In this document: piece after piece, positions 36,468-48,478 of the stretch
Layout of the letters: every line of letters begins with the position of its first letter
Position numbering within the stretch: position 1 is the first letter of the stretch
Assembly (NCBI GenBank): GCA_022813965.1
Contig: JALDZS010000022.1
Coordinates: 62,001-126,000, forward strand
From: Toensbergia leucococca
Lineage: Eukaryota
Direction: 5' to 3'
Length of the DNA stretch: 64,000 nucleotides
Notes under the pieces: generated by a model
Database searches by the model: none
Seen by the model: the letters and a program-made list of their open reading frames with translations, nothing else
What the model was told of the DNA's origin: nothing
Position numbers and translations under genes: made by a program

Positions 36468-38411
36468 CTACCCCGTCTTCTCCAAAATAACCCTTATCAT
36501 CTCATTGCCAACGCGCGTTGCTTCGGGGAACCGGGGCGCGAAATAGGCCTGGGTGGCTTCGAAGCGGTCGCGGTAGGAGGCGAAGGAGCCGAAGGAGACG
36601 GTGTCGGACCAGCCCTTTTGTTTTTTTTTAACTTGGTGTTATTTTTGGGGATTGTTGGGGGAATTGGTAAAGAAGGGGAGAGGGGAAAGGAGAGAAAAGG
36701 ACTTACTCGAGCGGCAAAGGTGAATTCCAGGTCGTCGGAGCGGAAGGTGTTGTCTTCGATGGCGGTGTTGATGACTTCGTCCAGGAGGAGCGGATTGCGG
36801 AAGAGGTATTCGGTTACGCCTAGCCAGAGGCGGAAGAGCTGGGGAGGAATGGGGTTAGTGTGGAATTATTTTATCTTTGTTTTCGCAAAAAGGGGTTCAG
36901 GATTGGGGAGGTTTTCCTCAGGTAGGGAAGACTATACCGGCGTGGAACAGATCATATGGTCATACGGCACGATTCCCAGTTTCCACCAGCAGTCCACCAT
37001 GGCCAGCAGACTGAGATGGTTGTTCGGCGTCCTCTCCTTCGGCACCTTCCCCAGCGAAAACCGGTCAAGCACTTCGTCTTGCAGCAACAAGTCCTCGTCG
37101 CCCCGCTCGGCCGCGAAGACGGCCTGCCCGGCAGTCTTGATGCGCGTCTCGAGCTCCTCCCGGTGGCCCCCTAGCATCAGCTTGAACAGCTCCGTCACGG
37201 ATTCGGCGTACTGCCGGATCTGCCGTTTGGCGGACGGGTTGAGAATGGCGAGGCCGGCGTAGACGTGCCATTTGTTGGAGTAGATGCGCAACGTCACGTT
37301 GATTTTGACGTTTTCGATCCCGCCGACGTAGCGGTTGATTTCCCAGGGGAATTGGTTGTTGGCGTGCCAGGCTGTGCCCATGCTCAGGAAGGCGGCGTGC
37401 GTGACGGCCTGGGTGTCGGCGGTGATGCGGTCGTGTTTTTGGGCGGTGAGGTGGACGTGCTTGGAGCCGAAGCAGGAGAGGATTGTTTCGACCACGTCGA
37501 AGCTTTTTTGGGAGGCGCGGTGTTTTATTAGGACGAGGGGTTGGCCTTTGGAGTCGACGTTGGGGCCGTGGAGAGAGTGGCAGGATACAATTTCGACGTC
37601 CGGGGGAAGGTGCTTTTCAAAGGCGGATATTTCTGGCGCTTTGCAAGAGGTTTGGCCGCCAACGATGGCACCTTGCTTTGTTGCTTTGACTGAATCAGCA
37701 ATCAAGGGACGTTTGTAGGCATCCCCGGGGCAATACATGGCCCATATAGCTCAACGACTCGCTCGATTCCTTCGGCTTCTACACTGTAGAGAATGAAATC
37801 GCTACATCTGGAGACGAGATGGCCATTGGGGTAAATGTATACATTAGACTATCTAAATCTTAGCTATGATTGTTTCTCAAGTCTTCTCAAGTCGATTCAG
37901 TACTCTACTAACAAACTCCTCCTTCAATGCTTCGTATTTGTCTGGCCTATCACAGGCGTTTACCCTGCAAATATCCTCGGATCAGCCTTTTCTCGGTGTG
38001 TTGCCATTCGAATGCACGCTTTATGAGCTATGTAGAGGTAGACATTAGCAGTCGTCTGAGTAGCAGATGATGCATGGCTTTGAAAGATTGATTCGAAAGA
38101 CACTCAGACAAGTAATAATTAGGTAGCTGAGATTTTACATCATCGACAACATGCCAGCCAACAAAGACAATAAAATAAAGTCGAAGCTGATTGTCATGCC
38201 ATACTCGAGCCAAATGCACTCAAGTCATCCTAGTGGTTTGCACGATGAAAAGGAGAGAAGAAACAAAAATGCCTTACCACGATTGCTAGACTCCAAAGTA
38301 TCATGAACACACAAGAAGGATGGATTACCTCCACCCAGCGTCACTGATCTTCCTCGTATACATCTTGCCCATATCACCCATCCCAATGATGCCAATAGTA
38401 GTCTTCTCCAT
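36468..38411 (-). CDS. TYR1: Prephenate dehydrogenase; multi-exon
   Basis: Rossmann start MEKTTIGIIGMGDMGKMY, then IVGGQTSCKAPE, SCHSLHGP, HDRITADTQAVTHAAFLSMG, NKWHVYAGLAILNP and YDHMICSTP. Confidence 0.94.
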
Positions 38412-38760
38412 CCTTTTAGGAGTTTATGAACTTTGAGAAAGATTCGACCGGCTTTCATCTGAGACTTAATATGTCAGGCAAGAAACCATGACTTGCCTTT
38501 ATCTCCTCACCAGCCTGTCAAAGAAATCAGGAAAGATTGTAGGGCAAACTCGGTGAACATGTCGAAGAATGATTTGGAGAAAAGCGAAGCTTTCATTCGA
38601 GGATTCGCCTATTTGTGCTCTTTTTGAAGCTAGGTAGATCTAGTGTCAGACGCTAATTTAGCGCCCACCACAGAGCATCGAAACTCGAAATTCTTGTTGC
38701 GCAGAGACTAAGGTGGTAAGGTAATTCGGGAGCACATCACAATAGACACAACATTACACC

Positions 38761-39423
<663 letters not shown>

Positions 39424-39967
39424 GAATTATGGGCTTGGATTCGTGGGTGGAAGTGAAGAAGTGGAAAGAAACGAGAAGAACGGCTTTAGCCTGGTCTTCA
39501 CGATGTGCCTACCTAGTTTTCAGCTACTTCAATTTAAGGTGCTACTCTGAACAGTTTCAATGCTGTCCATGTAATGACAACTCATCTGTCGACAAGTAAT
39601 TAGGTTGCTCTGCACAGGATTCCTTCGTGAAGACTGAATGAATTGCTGCATAGTTCATCCCTCAATCTTTCTACTTTCTTCGAAGGGAAATACCTGACAA
39701 TTCACCAAATACCCCTCGATTCTCGACCCTTCCAAGGCATTGCACTACAATGGTTATGACAAGTTCCTTCTTTTGTTGTCCTATCACCTGCCAATCAAAA
39801 TATTTCCGTCTTTTACATCTCTGTCAATCTATTGAGTATTGATTGAATTGTCATCTTTGAAATATGAAGAGGCCGCAGAGCAGCAAGCTCTGGCTTCCAC
39901 AAAACCATCAAATACACCCACCCACATAATGCTTCACTCCCAAAGATAGACGCGAGGGAATATAGCC

Positions 39968-41200
39968 ATGGCAATAGTCTTGCCGCCACCAGATACTACC
40001 AGCCCCGCCATCCTGCTCCTGGACCTTCCACCAGGCACACTCTGCGGCATCGACCTCCTCTCCTTCACCACCTCGGCCCGATTCCAAGGTATAAAAGACA
40101 TACCTCCAGGCTGGCACTTTATATTCACAGGCGCATCAAGCTCCCTCTCCATTCGACATGGTTTCTGGTTCCACATCCCCGAAACCCTCCCCTCATCTCC
40201 AGCACCGCCCCCACTTCTTGTCCACAAATGGGATCTCTTATCGGAATCACTAACACCCGAAACCGACCCCTCGCATCTACAGCACCATACCGCCAATTTC
40301 CGCGCTATCTGGAACTCCTCTTTAACCCCGTACCGCCAATCAGCCTCTGACAAGCCCGTCCCAGAGCCCCAGCACTGGGCCCTCCTGACTACGCACATCA
40401 CCCGGCGCCTGCTGTCTCACCTGACCGGCAGCTCGGACTGGACAATCACATCCACCAGCTGCGCGGCGCAAGACCGCGATGAAATCCCCGGGCTGAGTTT
40501 CGAGGAGAGCCGGGTTGGCGAGGAGAGGGAGTTGGGCGTTTTGGGGATCGATTTGAAGAGGACTTGGAGGGAAGGGGCAGTGGGGAGGGAGAGGACGGAG
40601 GGGGCGGTGGATCGGAGTTGGGCTTTGGGGGAGATAGTTGGGAGGGCGGGGACGTGGGATGGTGGCGGGGAAAAGGAACCTGGATTAGAGGAATGGGGAA
40701 GTGAGGTTTTGGGGGAGATGGAGATTTGCTTTTTGATGGTGTTGACGGTGGGGAATTTTTCTTGTTTGGAGGAGTGGAAGAGGATTTTGGGGGTGGTGTT
40801 TACGTGCAAGAAGGTTGTTGTAGAGAGGGAGGCGTGGTTCGCGAGTGTTGTGGAACTGTTGCGGATGCAGTTGCAGAGGTGTGAGGATGTGGAAGGGGGA
40901 TTGTTCGATATGAGCGATGATGGGGCTGTGTGGTTGAAAGCTTTACTTGTGGATTTCAAACGGAATCTGGAGGAGGTTTTTGCAGGGGGGGAGGAGGAGG
41001 AGGAGAGTTTGGTTGGTGAGGAGATGGAGGCGTTGGAGGGGTTTTTGAAGGGGGAGTTTGGGTGGGAGTTGGGGGATGATTATTTGAGGAGGGGGTTGTT
41101 GCTTTTGGAGGATGGGGAGAGGGTTGAGATGGAGATGGGAGAGTTGGATGGGGTGGAGGAGAGAGGGGAGTATGCGCCTGTTGTTGTGGAGTTGGGGTAG
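39968..41200 (+). CDS. AAR2: AAR2 family U5 snRNP assembly factor; single exon
   Basis: 410-aa ORF with GIDLLSFT...FQGIKDIPPGWHFIF, GRERTEGAVDRSWAL and LGEMEICFLMVLTVGNFSCLEEWKRIL. Confidence 0.88.
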   Translation: MAIVLPPPDTTSPAILLLDLPPGTLCGIDLLSFTTSARFQGIKDIPPGWHFIFTGASSSLSIRHGFWFHIPETLPSSPAPPPLLVHKWDLLSESLTPETDPSHLQHHTANFRAIWNSSLTPYRQSASDKPVPEPQHWALLTTHITRRLLSHLTGSSDWTITSTSCAAQDRDEIPGLSFEESRVGEERELGVLGIDLKRTWREGAVGRERTEGAVDRSWALGEIVGRAGTWDGGGEKEPGLEEWGSEVLGEMEICFLMVLTVGNFSCLEEWKRILGVVFTCKKVVVEREAWFASVVELLRMQLQRCEDVEGGLFDMSDDGAVWLKALLVDFKRNLEEVFAGGEEEEESLVGEEMEALEGFLKGEFGWELGDDYLRRGLLLLEDGERVEMEMGELDGVEERGEYAPVVVELG

Positions 41201-41538
41201 GAGGTAGGGTGTTGGGAATGCTGGGGCTTTGGAGGGTGATTGTTGTGTTGGGTGGTTGTGGGGCTTGGTGGTTATTCTGGAGAAGATCGAGCATGCAATT
41301 GAATGCGAGATGACCAGAATTGAACGATATGTGCAGTAGGGGGGCCACTAAAGAGCAGAGGAGAGGTGTAGAACTTGTAAAGCCAGTCAAACATGTCATT
41401 TAATGCTCAGACCAGGGGTCTTGATCCTGATGCCTTGGAAAGCTCTGCTTCGAATCAAGTCTGATATCTCTAGCCCAAAACCACCTCCCCTTCTCCAATA
41501 GCCACCACCACCACCACCACCAACTCATCCCCACCCCA

Positions 41539-42200
41539 TCAACGATACGATTTTTGATACCTCGCCCTGGCCCCGGGACCTCCAAACTTCTTAGGCTCAC
41601 ACCTCCGATTATCCGCCACCAAGAGCGTGCGGTCGTACTGCACCAACGCCTGCTTCAGCTGATTCTTGGCATACTCGTCCACGTATTTCTGGTAGTAGGC
41701 CACGATGCTCTTGGCGATGGCTTGGCGGATGGCGTAGATTTGCGAAGTGTGGCCGCCGCCGGAGACGCGGACGCGGATGTCCACGCTCGCGAATTTGTCC
41801 AGGCCGACTATTAGGAGGGGTTCGTAGACCTGTTGGTTTTGGAGAAGGAGGAAGGGGGTTAGTGGCTTTTTTTGGGGAGGTGGAGTCTTTTTTTTTTGGG
41901 ACTGGGTTAGGAGATGGCGGACCTTGAAGCGGAGGATTTCGGGTTGCATTAGTGAGAGGGGTTTGCCGTTTACTTTGACAAGACCTTTGCCTGCCTGTTT
42001 TGCGATTGAGAGTGTCAGCTGGTTGGAACTCAGGCTTCGGGTTGTCCGTTGAAGTTGTTACCTTGCAGTGTGCGACGGCGGTTGCTGATTGTGGAATTAG
42101 CTTGTTATGACTCTATCCTTTTTTGGACGCTGGGGCCAAGCGTAAAAGGCATACCGGTCTTCTTCTTGCCGAAGCATTGCACGCTTTGCGTCGAAGCCAT
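41539..42200 (-). CDS. RPS16: 40S ribosomal protein uS9 (S16); 4 exons
   Basis: Reads [33 protein letters not shown], then [14 protein letters not shown] and [18 protein letters not shown]. Confidence 0.97.
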
Positions 42201-42411
42201 GGTGGGTGGATGGCTCGTCGGTTTGTGTGGTTTGGGATGTTGAGGTGCGGTCGTTGGTTGAATTGGATGGGATTTCGTCGTCGCGCTAAAGTGCGAGTGC
42301 CGAGGGCTAGGCCCTCGCTTAGTTAATAAAGATCTTGGCGAGATTCAATTTCTCAGTTTCTGACAATATTTTGGTCTTGCTACTGATGTGTTCACAACCC
42401 ATATATTCAGT

Positions 42412-43422
42412 ATGCTCTACGCCTTGGGGTCTAATGGCTCAGGGCAACTGGGAATCGCCAAATCAGGTGACTGGTCTTCGCCACAGGAATGCGCTTTCAC
42501 AAATGCCAACGACGACATGCCTGGGCTTCCTGTGAAGATTGCAGCTGGAGGTAATCATACATTAATCCTTTTCGAGTCTGGAGACCTTTATTCCGTTGGA
42601 AAGAACATCGATGGAATATTTGACAGCGACCTTTTCCTAGTAGCGCAGAAGATCAAGCTCTGCTCGGCAATGTGGGAATCTTCAGTAGTCGTAACCACAG
42701 ATAATGATATCTACACCTTTGGAAACGGATCTAAAGGCGAACTTGGCGTGGGACCCAAGGTTACTACTTTAGCTGAGTCACAGCAGCTCGACAAATTTGT
42801 GGCGGATGAGGCCGCCATAGTAGACCTTGCTAGCAGTGTAAACCATACCGTTGCCGTGTTATCCAATGGAGATGTGTACGGATGGGGCAACGGCCGTAAA
42901 GGCCAGTTGGGGAAGCCCGCACAAATTGTGTGGGTGCCGCGCAAGATTGAAGATTTGGGATTCCCAGTCGTTCGTGCAATTTGCGGTAGAGAGTTTACCT
43001 ACCTCGTAGGTGACCCAACCGAAGGCCATCATGCAATCTTTGGCTCGGACAAGTGGAATGTCATATCTAATGCACCGGATGCCGTTCCTGGCTGGAAAGA
43101 CATAGGGGCAAGCTGGGGTAGTATTTTCGTCCTAGGATCTTCCGGCAAGATAACATCTTGGGGCCGGAACGATCACAGACAGCTGGTTTCAGACAATGGA
43201 CCTGGTGTTGTAAAGATGGCTGTGGGAAGTGAGCATGTTCTGGTATTATCAACTGATGGAAAAGTCCTGGCTTGGGGTTGGGGCGAGCATGGTAATTGCG
43301 GTCCCAATACCGACGAGAACGGAGATGTGGAAGGGGCTGAGATATCGCTTCAGCATAAATCAACCCCAATAGTGGGAATCGCTGCTGGCTGTGCTACTAG
43401 TTGGCTCTGGACGGAAACCTGA
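42412..43422 (+). CDS. ATS1: RCC1-repeat protein, alpha-tubulin suppressor Ats1/Kti13-like; single exon
   Basis: Starts MLYALGSNGSGQLGI. RCC1 repeats include IAAGGNHT, VYGWGNGRKGQLG and WGWGEHGNCG, and it ends IAAGCATSW. Confidence 0.8.
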   Translation: MLYALGSNGSGQLGIAKSGDWSSPQECAFTNANDDMPGLPVKIAAGGNHTLILFESGDLYSVGKNIDGIFDSDLFLVAQKIKLCSAMWESSVVVTTDNDIYTFGNGSKGELGVGPKVTTLAESQQLDKFVADEAAIVDLASSVNHTVAVLSNGDVYGWGNGRKGQLGKPAQIVWVPRKIEDLGFPVVRAICGREFTYLVGDPTEGHHAIFGSDKWNVISNAPDAVPGWKDIGASWGSIFVLGSSGKITSWGRNDHRQLVSDNGPGVVKMAVGSEHVLVLSTDGKVLAWGWGEHGNCGPNTDENGDVEGAEISLQHKSTPIVGIAAGCATSWLWTET

Positions 43423-43883
43423 CCTCCTCACAATCAACTTGTCAAGCGACCAGGCCACTGCCATGCTAGGCCATGCATAAACTATGTCTGAATGCTTGAC
43501 GAAGCACACAGATAAAGAAACACCCCTCAACACATCGAATTAAAAACACACACGCGATAATTAGCTACGTAGCAAATGGTGGTGAGGTTCAGAAATTCTT
43601 TAAGAATCTGAAGTATCAACTCACAGCTTGTCCAAGAACTCTACCAAGAAGGCACCCGAGTCTTATGTTATCATGTTCTCGACAGATATACGTCAGCAGC
43701 GTTGTTCTCACACTTCGTAACATTGGAATGTTGCGATACCTGAAATTTACGCTTTGTCACGAGAATCCTCCAGATTAGATGTGACTACCTGATAAATGAC
43801 CAGTCAGCTAAGAAGCAACTCCAAAAGCGCCTAAGCAATGCCCTCCATCTCGGCCTGTTCCTTTCCGCTGTTCTACTCATCGC

Positions 43884-46086
43884 TCAAGTGATGACTTCCG
43901 AAGCTATTCTGTCAGTGAAGGCCAGATCCCAGAACCCAATCTCTAACTTCAGTCAAGTCAGCTCAGTCTGTTAGGTTTCTTCTTTTTACTTACTTCTGTG
44001 GCTTTCGCAAAGACTTTGACTAGCTCCCCAGCCTGACTCGCACTCATCTTCACTGCGCCTTCCTCTAGGAATTCTGGAAAAACACCGCCTTATTAGTCGA
44101 ATGGACGTTCAGAAATCCCGACCAATGAACTAGCTCCGCATTTACAAATTCAGACAAGGAAGAACAGCGAACCTCTGGCTTGAACTACTCCTTCCCCGTA
44201 ACTTCCCTTTCCAGTCTCCGAGTAACGTTCAACCCACTCCCAATATCGACTTCTGCGAACACTCTTTGTGGAGTCTTTGATACTTTGGGCGATTTGGCTA
44301 TAGCCGAGGACGCAAGGTAGGCAGGCGAGATGGAAATTGAACGGCGGAGAGCTGTGGGCTAGGTTAAGTAGGTAACTAGTGTAAAGATAAGATGCTGAGT
44401 GGGGAATACAGTCAGGTACCAGTCGTATCAAAGGGAATGGGGCATTTGAGTCGGATTCACAGACCAGAGTCTTGCAGGACAGATTGAAGCTCAGCAAGGG
44501 AGATACCGAAAGTCGCACAGTATGCAGTAGACAGCGCGATTTCCTGGGATATCGAAAGCAGAGCGGATGTAGACTGGAGAATATGCTTATTAGTGGTGAA
44601 CAGATGGTTGGACGATAAGGATCAACGGCTTACAGCGGTTGTTTCAATCGCAGATTGAGATTTGGAAGTAGTTAGTGCAAGCGCTTGGGTGAACTTGATC
44701 TGCATGGAGTATTAGATTACAGGTTCGTCTCTCTCCTGCCAGAATTTACCCCTTGTTGAGGAATGAGTATTGGATATAGGTGGAGCTGACTAGGAATTGA
44801 TAATCTTGTTTTAGAAAGTATTTAAATTTATTCACAGGTAGGCTACCATCAGCTATCCGTTGAACAAACTCGTGCTCGATGTAGGCTTTCCACACCTGCT
44901 TGACAGCTGCATGGGACAGGAGATACTCGACAAAGCGCCCCCTACTCAGGGTGAGCTACGCATTTTAACATGAGCAGGGTCACATACGGTGCGAAAGGCA
45001 GGAAGTATGACGAGTGGAAGTGATTGATGGGGCCGCTTCCCTGCCCGAGATCAAAGCTCGTTCGAATACCAGCCTCGACGTAGCGACAAGCATTTTGGAC
45101 GGCGTTGGAGATGGAGTGGCCTAAGGCGATGTTGGACGCGATTGCTGCTGTGCTGAGGTTCAGTCGAGAATTGGGGACAAAGCTCAAGGATGAGGTCTAA
45201 CATGCTAGTGAGCATCCGGTGCCGTGCGTATTCTTCGAGTCCAGGTAGTCTGCCTCAATCAACGTGACTTGGGCCCCATCGTACAAGACATCAACTACGA
45301 TGTGCTTTTCTGCATCTGCGCTTGAAACGGTGCCGTCTTTACTCAATGGCAGGTGACCGCCTTTGAGCAAGACATAACTAGGGCCCAGACTGTGTACAGC
45401 TTTTGCAACTGCAATGAGATCGTCCAAAGACTGCGGGTTCGGAAGCTTAATGCCAGCGTTCTGCAGCAAGAGCTTTGCTTCTGGGGAATTAGGCGTCAGT
45501 ACTGTGGTGAGAGGAAGAATACGTTCTCGTAGTTTAAACACAGCTGAGTTTGGTAGTAATTGGGCTCCAGTGGTGGATACCATGACCTGGGACGTTAAGA
45601 TTTGCTTGCTACATCACGCTAATAGATCTGGCAGGCATACAGGATCGACAACGGAGACTGGACGGCCATATCTTTCTAAGACATCTGCTATCACATCCAC
45701 CGTCTCAGCCGAAGCCATCATCCCTTTGGTGCGTCAGAAACATTGGTCGTGGCGAGAATTGTGATACAAAGTATTTCTGCCAAGGTTCAGGGCATACCAG
45801 TCTTGACTACATCGACACCAATGTCGGTGATGCAGGCGTCAATTTGCTGTTCAACAAAGCTTGAAGGAATGTGATGGATAGCAAAAACGCCTGTGGTGTT
45901 TTGAGCGGTCAAAGCTGTTGTTGCTGTCATGGCGTAACATCCGTGAGCAGCGATTACTTTTTGATCGGCTTCAAGTCCACTACCAACTTCAATCAGTGTC
46001 GTACGGCGCAGTAGGGACGCAAGGCCTACTAACGCTCCACCTGAGCTGTCGGAGCCGGCAATGAGAAGAATGCGCTTCTTATCCAT
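43884..46086 (-). CDS. THI20: HMP/HMP-P kinase (ThiD) fused to a TenA/thiaminase II domain; about 11 exons
   Basis: Kinase motifs LIAGSDSSGGA|GLEADQK, TALTAQNT, LTPNSPEA, LLKGGH and NTHGTGCSLA. TenA exons read FLKQDYQFL, LPCVLGY, YWEWVERY and LEIGFWDLA. Confidence 0.88.
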
Positions 46087-46265
46087 TGCTAAGTAGGCTA
46101 GAGTACGGAGTACCTTACAGTTTGATGCTTTTAGAGAAGATTTGATGAAGCCAATCCTCCAATGCGCATCAACGCTTGCGTGTACTAGAGCCGCTGTGAC
46201 GACGTCATATACATGGACTATCATGAAAGTGCCTATGCAATGTTGGAAAGATATGAAGCTATTAA

Positions 46266-48283
46266 TCAATCAGAATCACCCTCGAACGATGATACATCCG
46301 GATCTAGAACCCGTCAGCATAAGCCCCAGCCTTTTAGATAGACATCCAGGTCGCAAGCTGTTACCTCTCTGGAAAGTGAAATCGAATCTTCCGTCCACCT
46401 TGGAAGCCAGAGTCTGTCTGATGATAGCTTGCTCCTCGTCGGTCAGCCTGTAGTCAACATCTTGCATCATCACAGAAAGAGACAAGCCCTGATTGCCTCG
46501 TCCTAATTGCGAGATGTACTCAAGGATCCCGTCAGCGGTGAAGGTAGTAATGGCGCTGAGCTGTAGACTGTGCAGTGACTTCAAAGACGCAACACTTGGC
46601 CAGATAGCGTCGCTGATTCCGTTGCCGCTGGTATCGAATCCTCGGAGCGCCGGCAGACTTCCTGCAAGTCTACATATATGCTTGTCTGAAAATTCTTCCG
46701 TCAATTCCCGGAGTCGCAAGTCTTGGATATGCCCAAGCTTGCTCACAGACTCCACTAGGATGTCCAGATCGTCTTGAAGAGCCTCTTCCCCGTCGCCCTT
46801 CAACCATAATTCTTCCAGGCTATCCTGATGGCCAAGAGCTTGGTGGAATGGCCGACTACCAGTCATATGATAGTTCTCAACCTCCAAATGTAAGAGATGG
46901 ATATCGTTCTCCAATAGTACAGGAATCAAGACGGCTGGTGCACTGCGAAATCGGAAACTAACCCACTCAAGTTTCTTACAATTGCGTAACCAGGATACAA
47001 TTTCGAGAAACGAATCGTTATGGGCATTTTCAAGGTCTGTGAAACCATTTGCCTCAGTCAGAGCTAGAAGTTTCAGGCATGTACATCCTTGCAAGTACGC
47101 GAGTGCAGGCATGGCTTTAGATTCGATAGGATTAAGCTTGAGCTCGGTTAGAGACTCGAAATGGCTATTCAGAGCTATGAAGCTCTGTGCACCGATTTTC
47201 GAGTAACTGAACGTCTCAAATGACTCTAGGGATTGGGGGCGTAAGCCGTTCAAGAACGCTGCAAAGCTGTCATCCGCTTTGGAATCGGCCCTATGATACG
47301 TTAGTAAAATCATCGACTATTCTTATAATAGAAATCCCCAATCCCCTACCATTGGTAGAACTTCAGGACTTTGAAGGAAGGACAATGAAGCCGAATCAGG
47401 TCTCCGGCTCTGCGGTTTAGAGCCTCGCCACTCCAGACCCGTAGTCGTTGCAAGCGTGGTAATCTCGGGATCCATCTAGACAATGCACTGTTTGTGACTA
47501 GAAGGAAGAATTTTAGTACTTCCCTTGGGTACAGCAGACACTGGTAACATACCATCTGCCGACAATTCCTCTAGCATCGGGGTTTTCTTTGTAATGGCTG
47601 ATAGAAGGTTAGCCTCTTTGGTCTGTCTGTAAATAAGAGTTTGTCATACCTTCTCCAATGTCGTCAAGTGCTAGGGCAAAGTTCAATTGGCGAGATCCTT
47701 TGGCCCTCCTAACAAGCTTCATAGGCGAGTTCATCTCAATGTTAAAGGATGCAAGCTCATTATCAAAGAACATACTAGCACCCGTCAGTATGAGCAAGTC
47801 TTTTAGACCGGAGAGACGTACGAGCTGACTTTACCCCTGAAAGTCAGATCTTCAAGCAAGTATTTGAGATTTTGCAGATCGAGTGAACGGATGTAAAGAC
47901 AGTAAGGAAACAAGGTCTTGCCGAGACTGGAAAGAATGGTAGTTCTCCATAATGAAGCCCATTTCATAACAGCCGTCTCGACAGCGCGTTCTTGCTGCTT
48001 GTTGCTTATTGCTTTTAAATCTCCAGTTCTAGGCTGGCCTGATACTTCATCTTCAATTGGACCATTGGTGACGGGTGCTACATCATGCATACTTTGCCTC
48101 GTCAGCTTCGTACGACCAATTGATGGAAGAGCTTCTAGTTCCATACCGGTAGATATTAGCTAATGCAGGAACAGCTAGCTGCTTTCCCGAGCGGGCACAG
48201 TTGTAGAGAGTGTTGAAGTCTCGTTGATGCCTTAATTGAAGGCACACCATGTGTAGAATATCATCAGGAAGTGATGACGCCAT
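46266..48283 (-). CDS. F-box-like / leucine-rich repeat (RNI-like) protein; multi-exon
   Basis: N-terminus SLPDDILHMVC is F-box-like. LxxLxL repeats follow (SLTELKL, CLKLLAL, SLEELWL, IQDLRL, SLHSLQL). The last exon is DPDVSSFEGDSD*. Confidence 0.72.
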
Positions 48284-48478
48284 TGCTTGATATTCAATGG
48301 GGATTCCCCTATTCCGTATTGCTGTTGTTGATGCTTTGGGAGGTGACGTCGATTAGGTATTATAATAAATACCTTATGAAGCTTCACTCCAACACGAACG
48401 ACGCGCTTCATCACGTCCATTTATTTAATATTTACTCGTACTCGTACGTACCATCACCATCGTCGCAACTTCCAAAAA

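Noticed and set aside
38100..38146. Box C/D snoRNA in the long first TYR1 intron (ATGATGT...CTGA on the - strand)
   Set aside because: Box C is imperfect, the span is only about 40 nt, and I recognise no rRNA guide.
43884..46260. TPP riboswitch in the thiamine salvage gene
   Set aside because: The introns and leader I inspected lack the conserved TPP aptamer segments (CUGAGA, UGAUC...GAUAAU).
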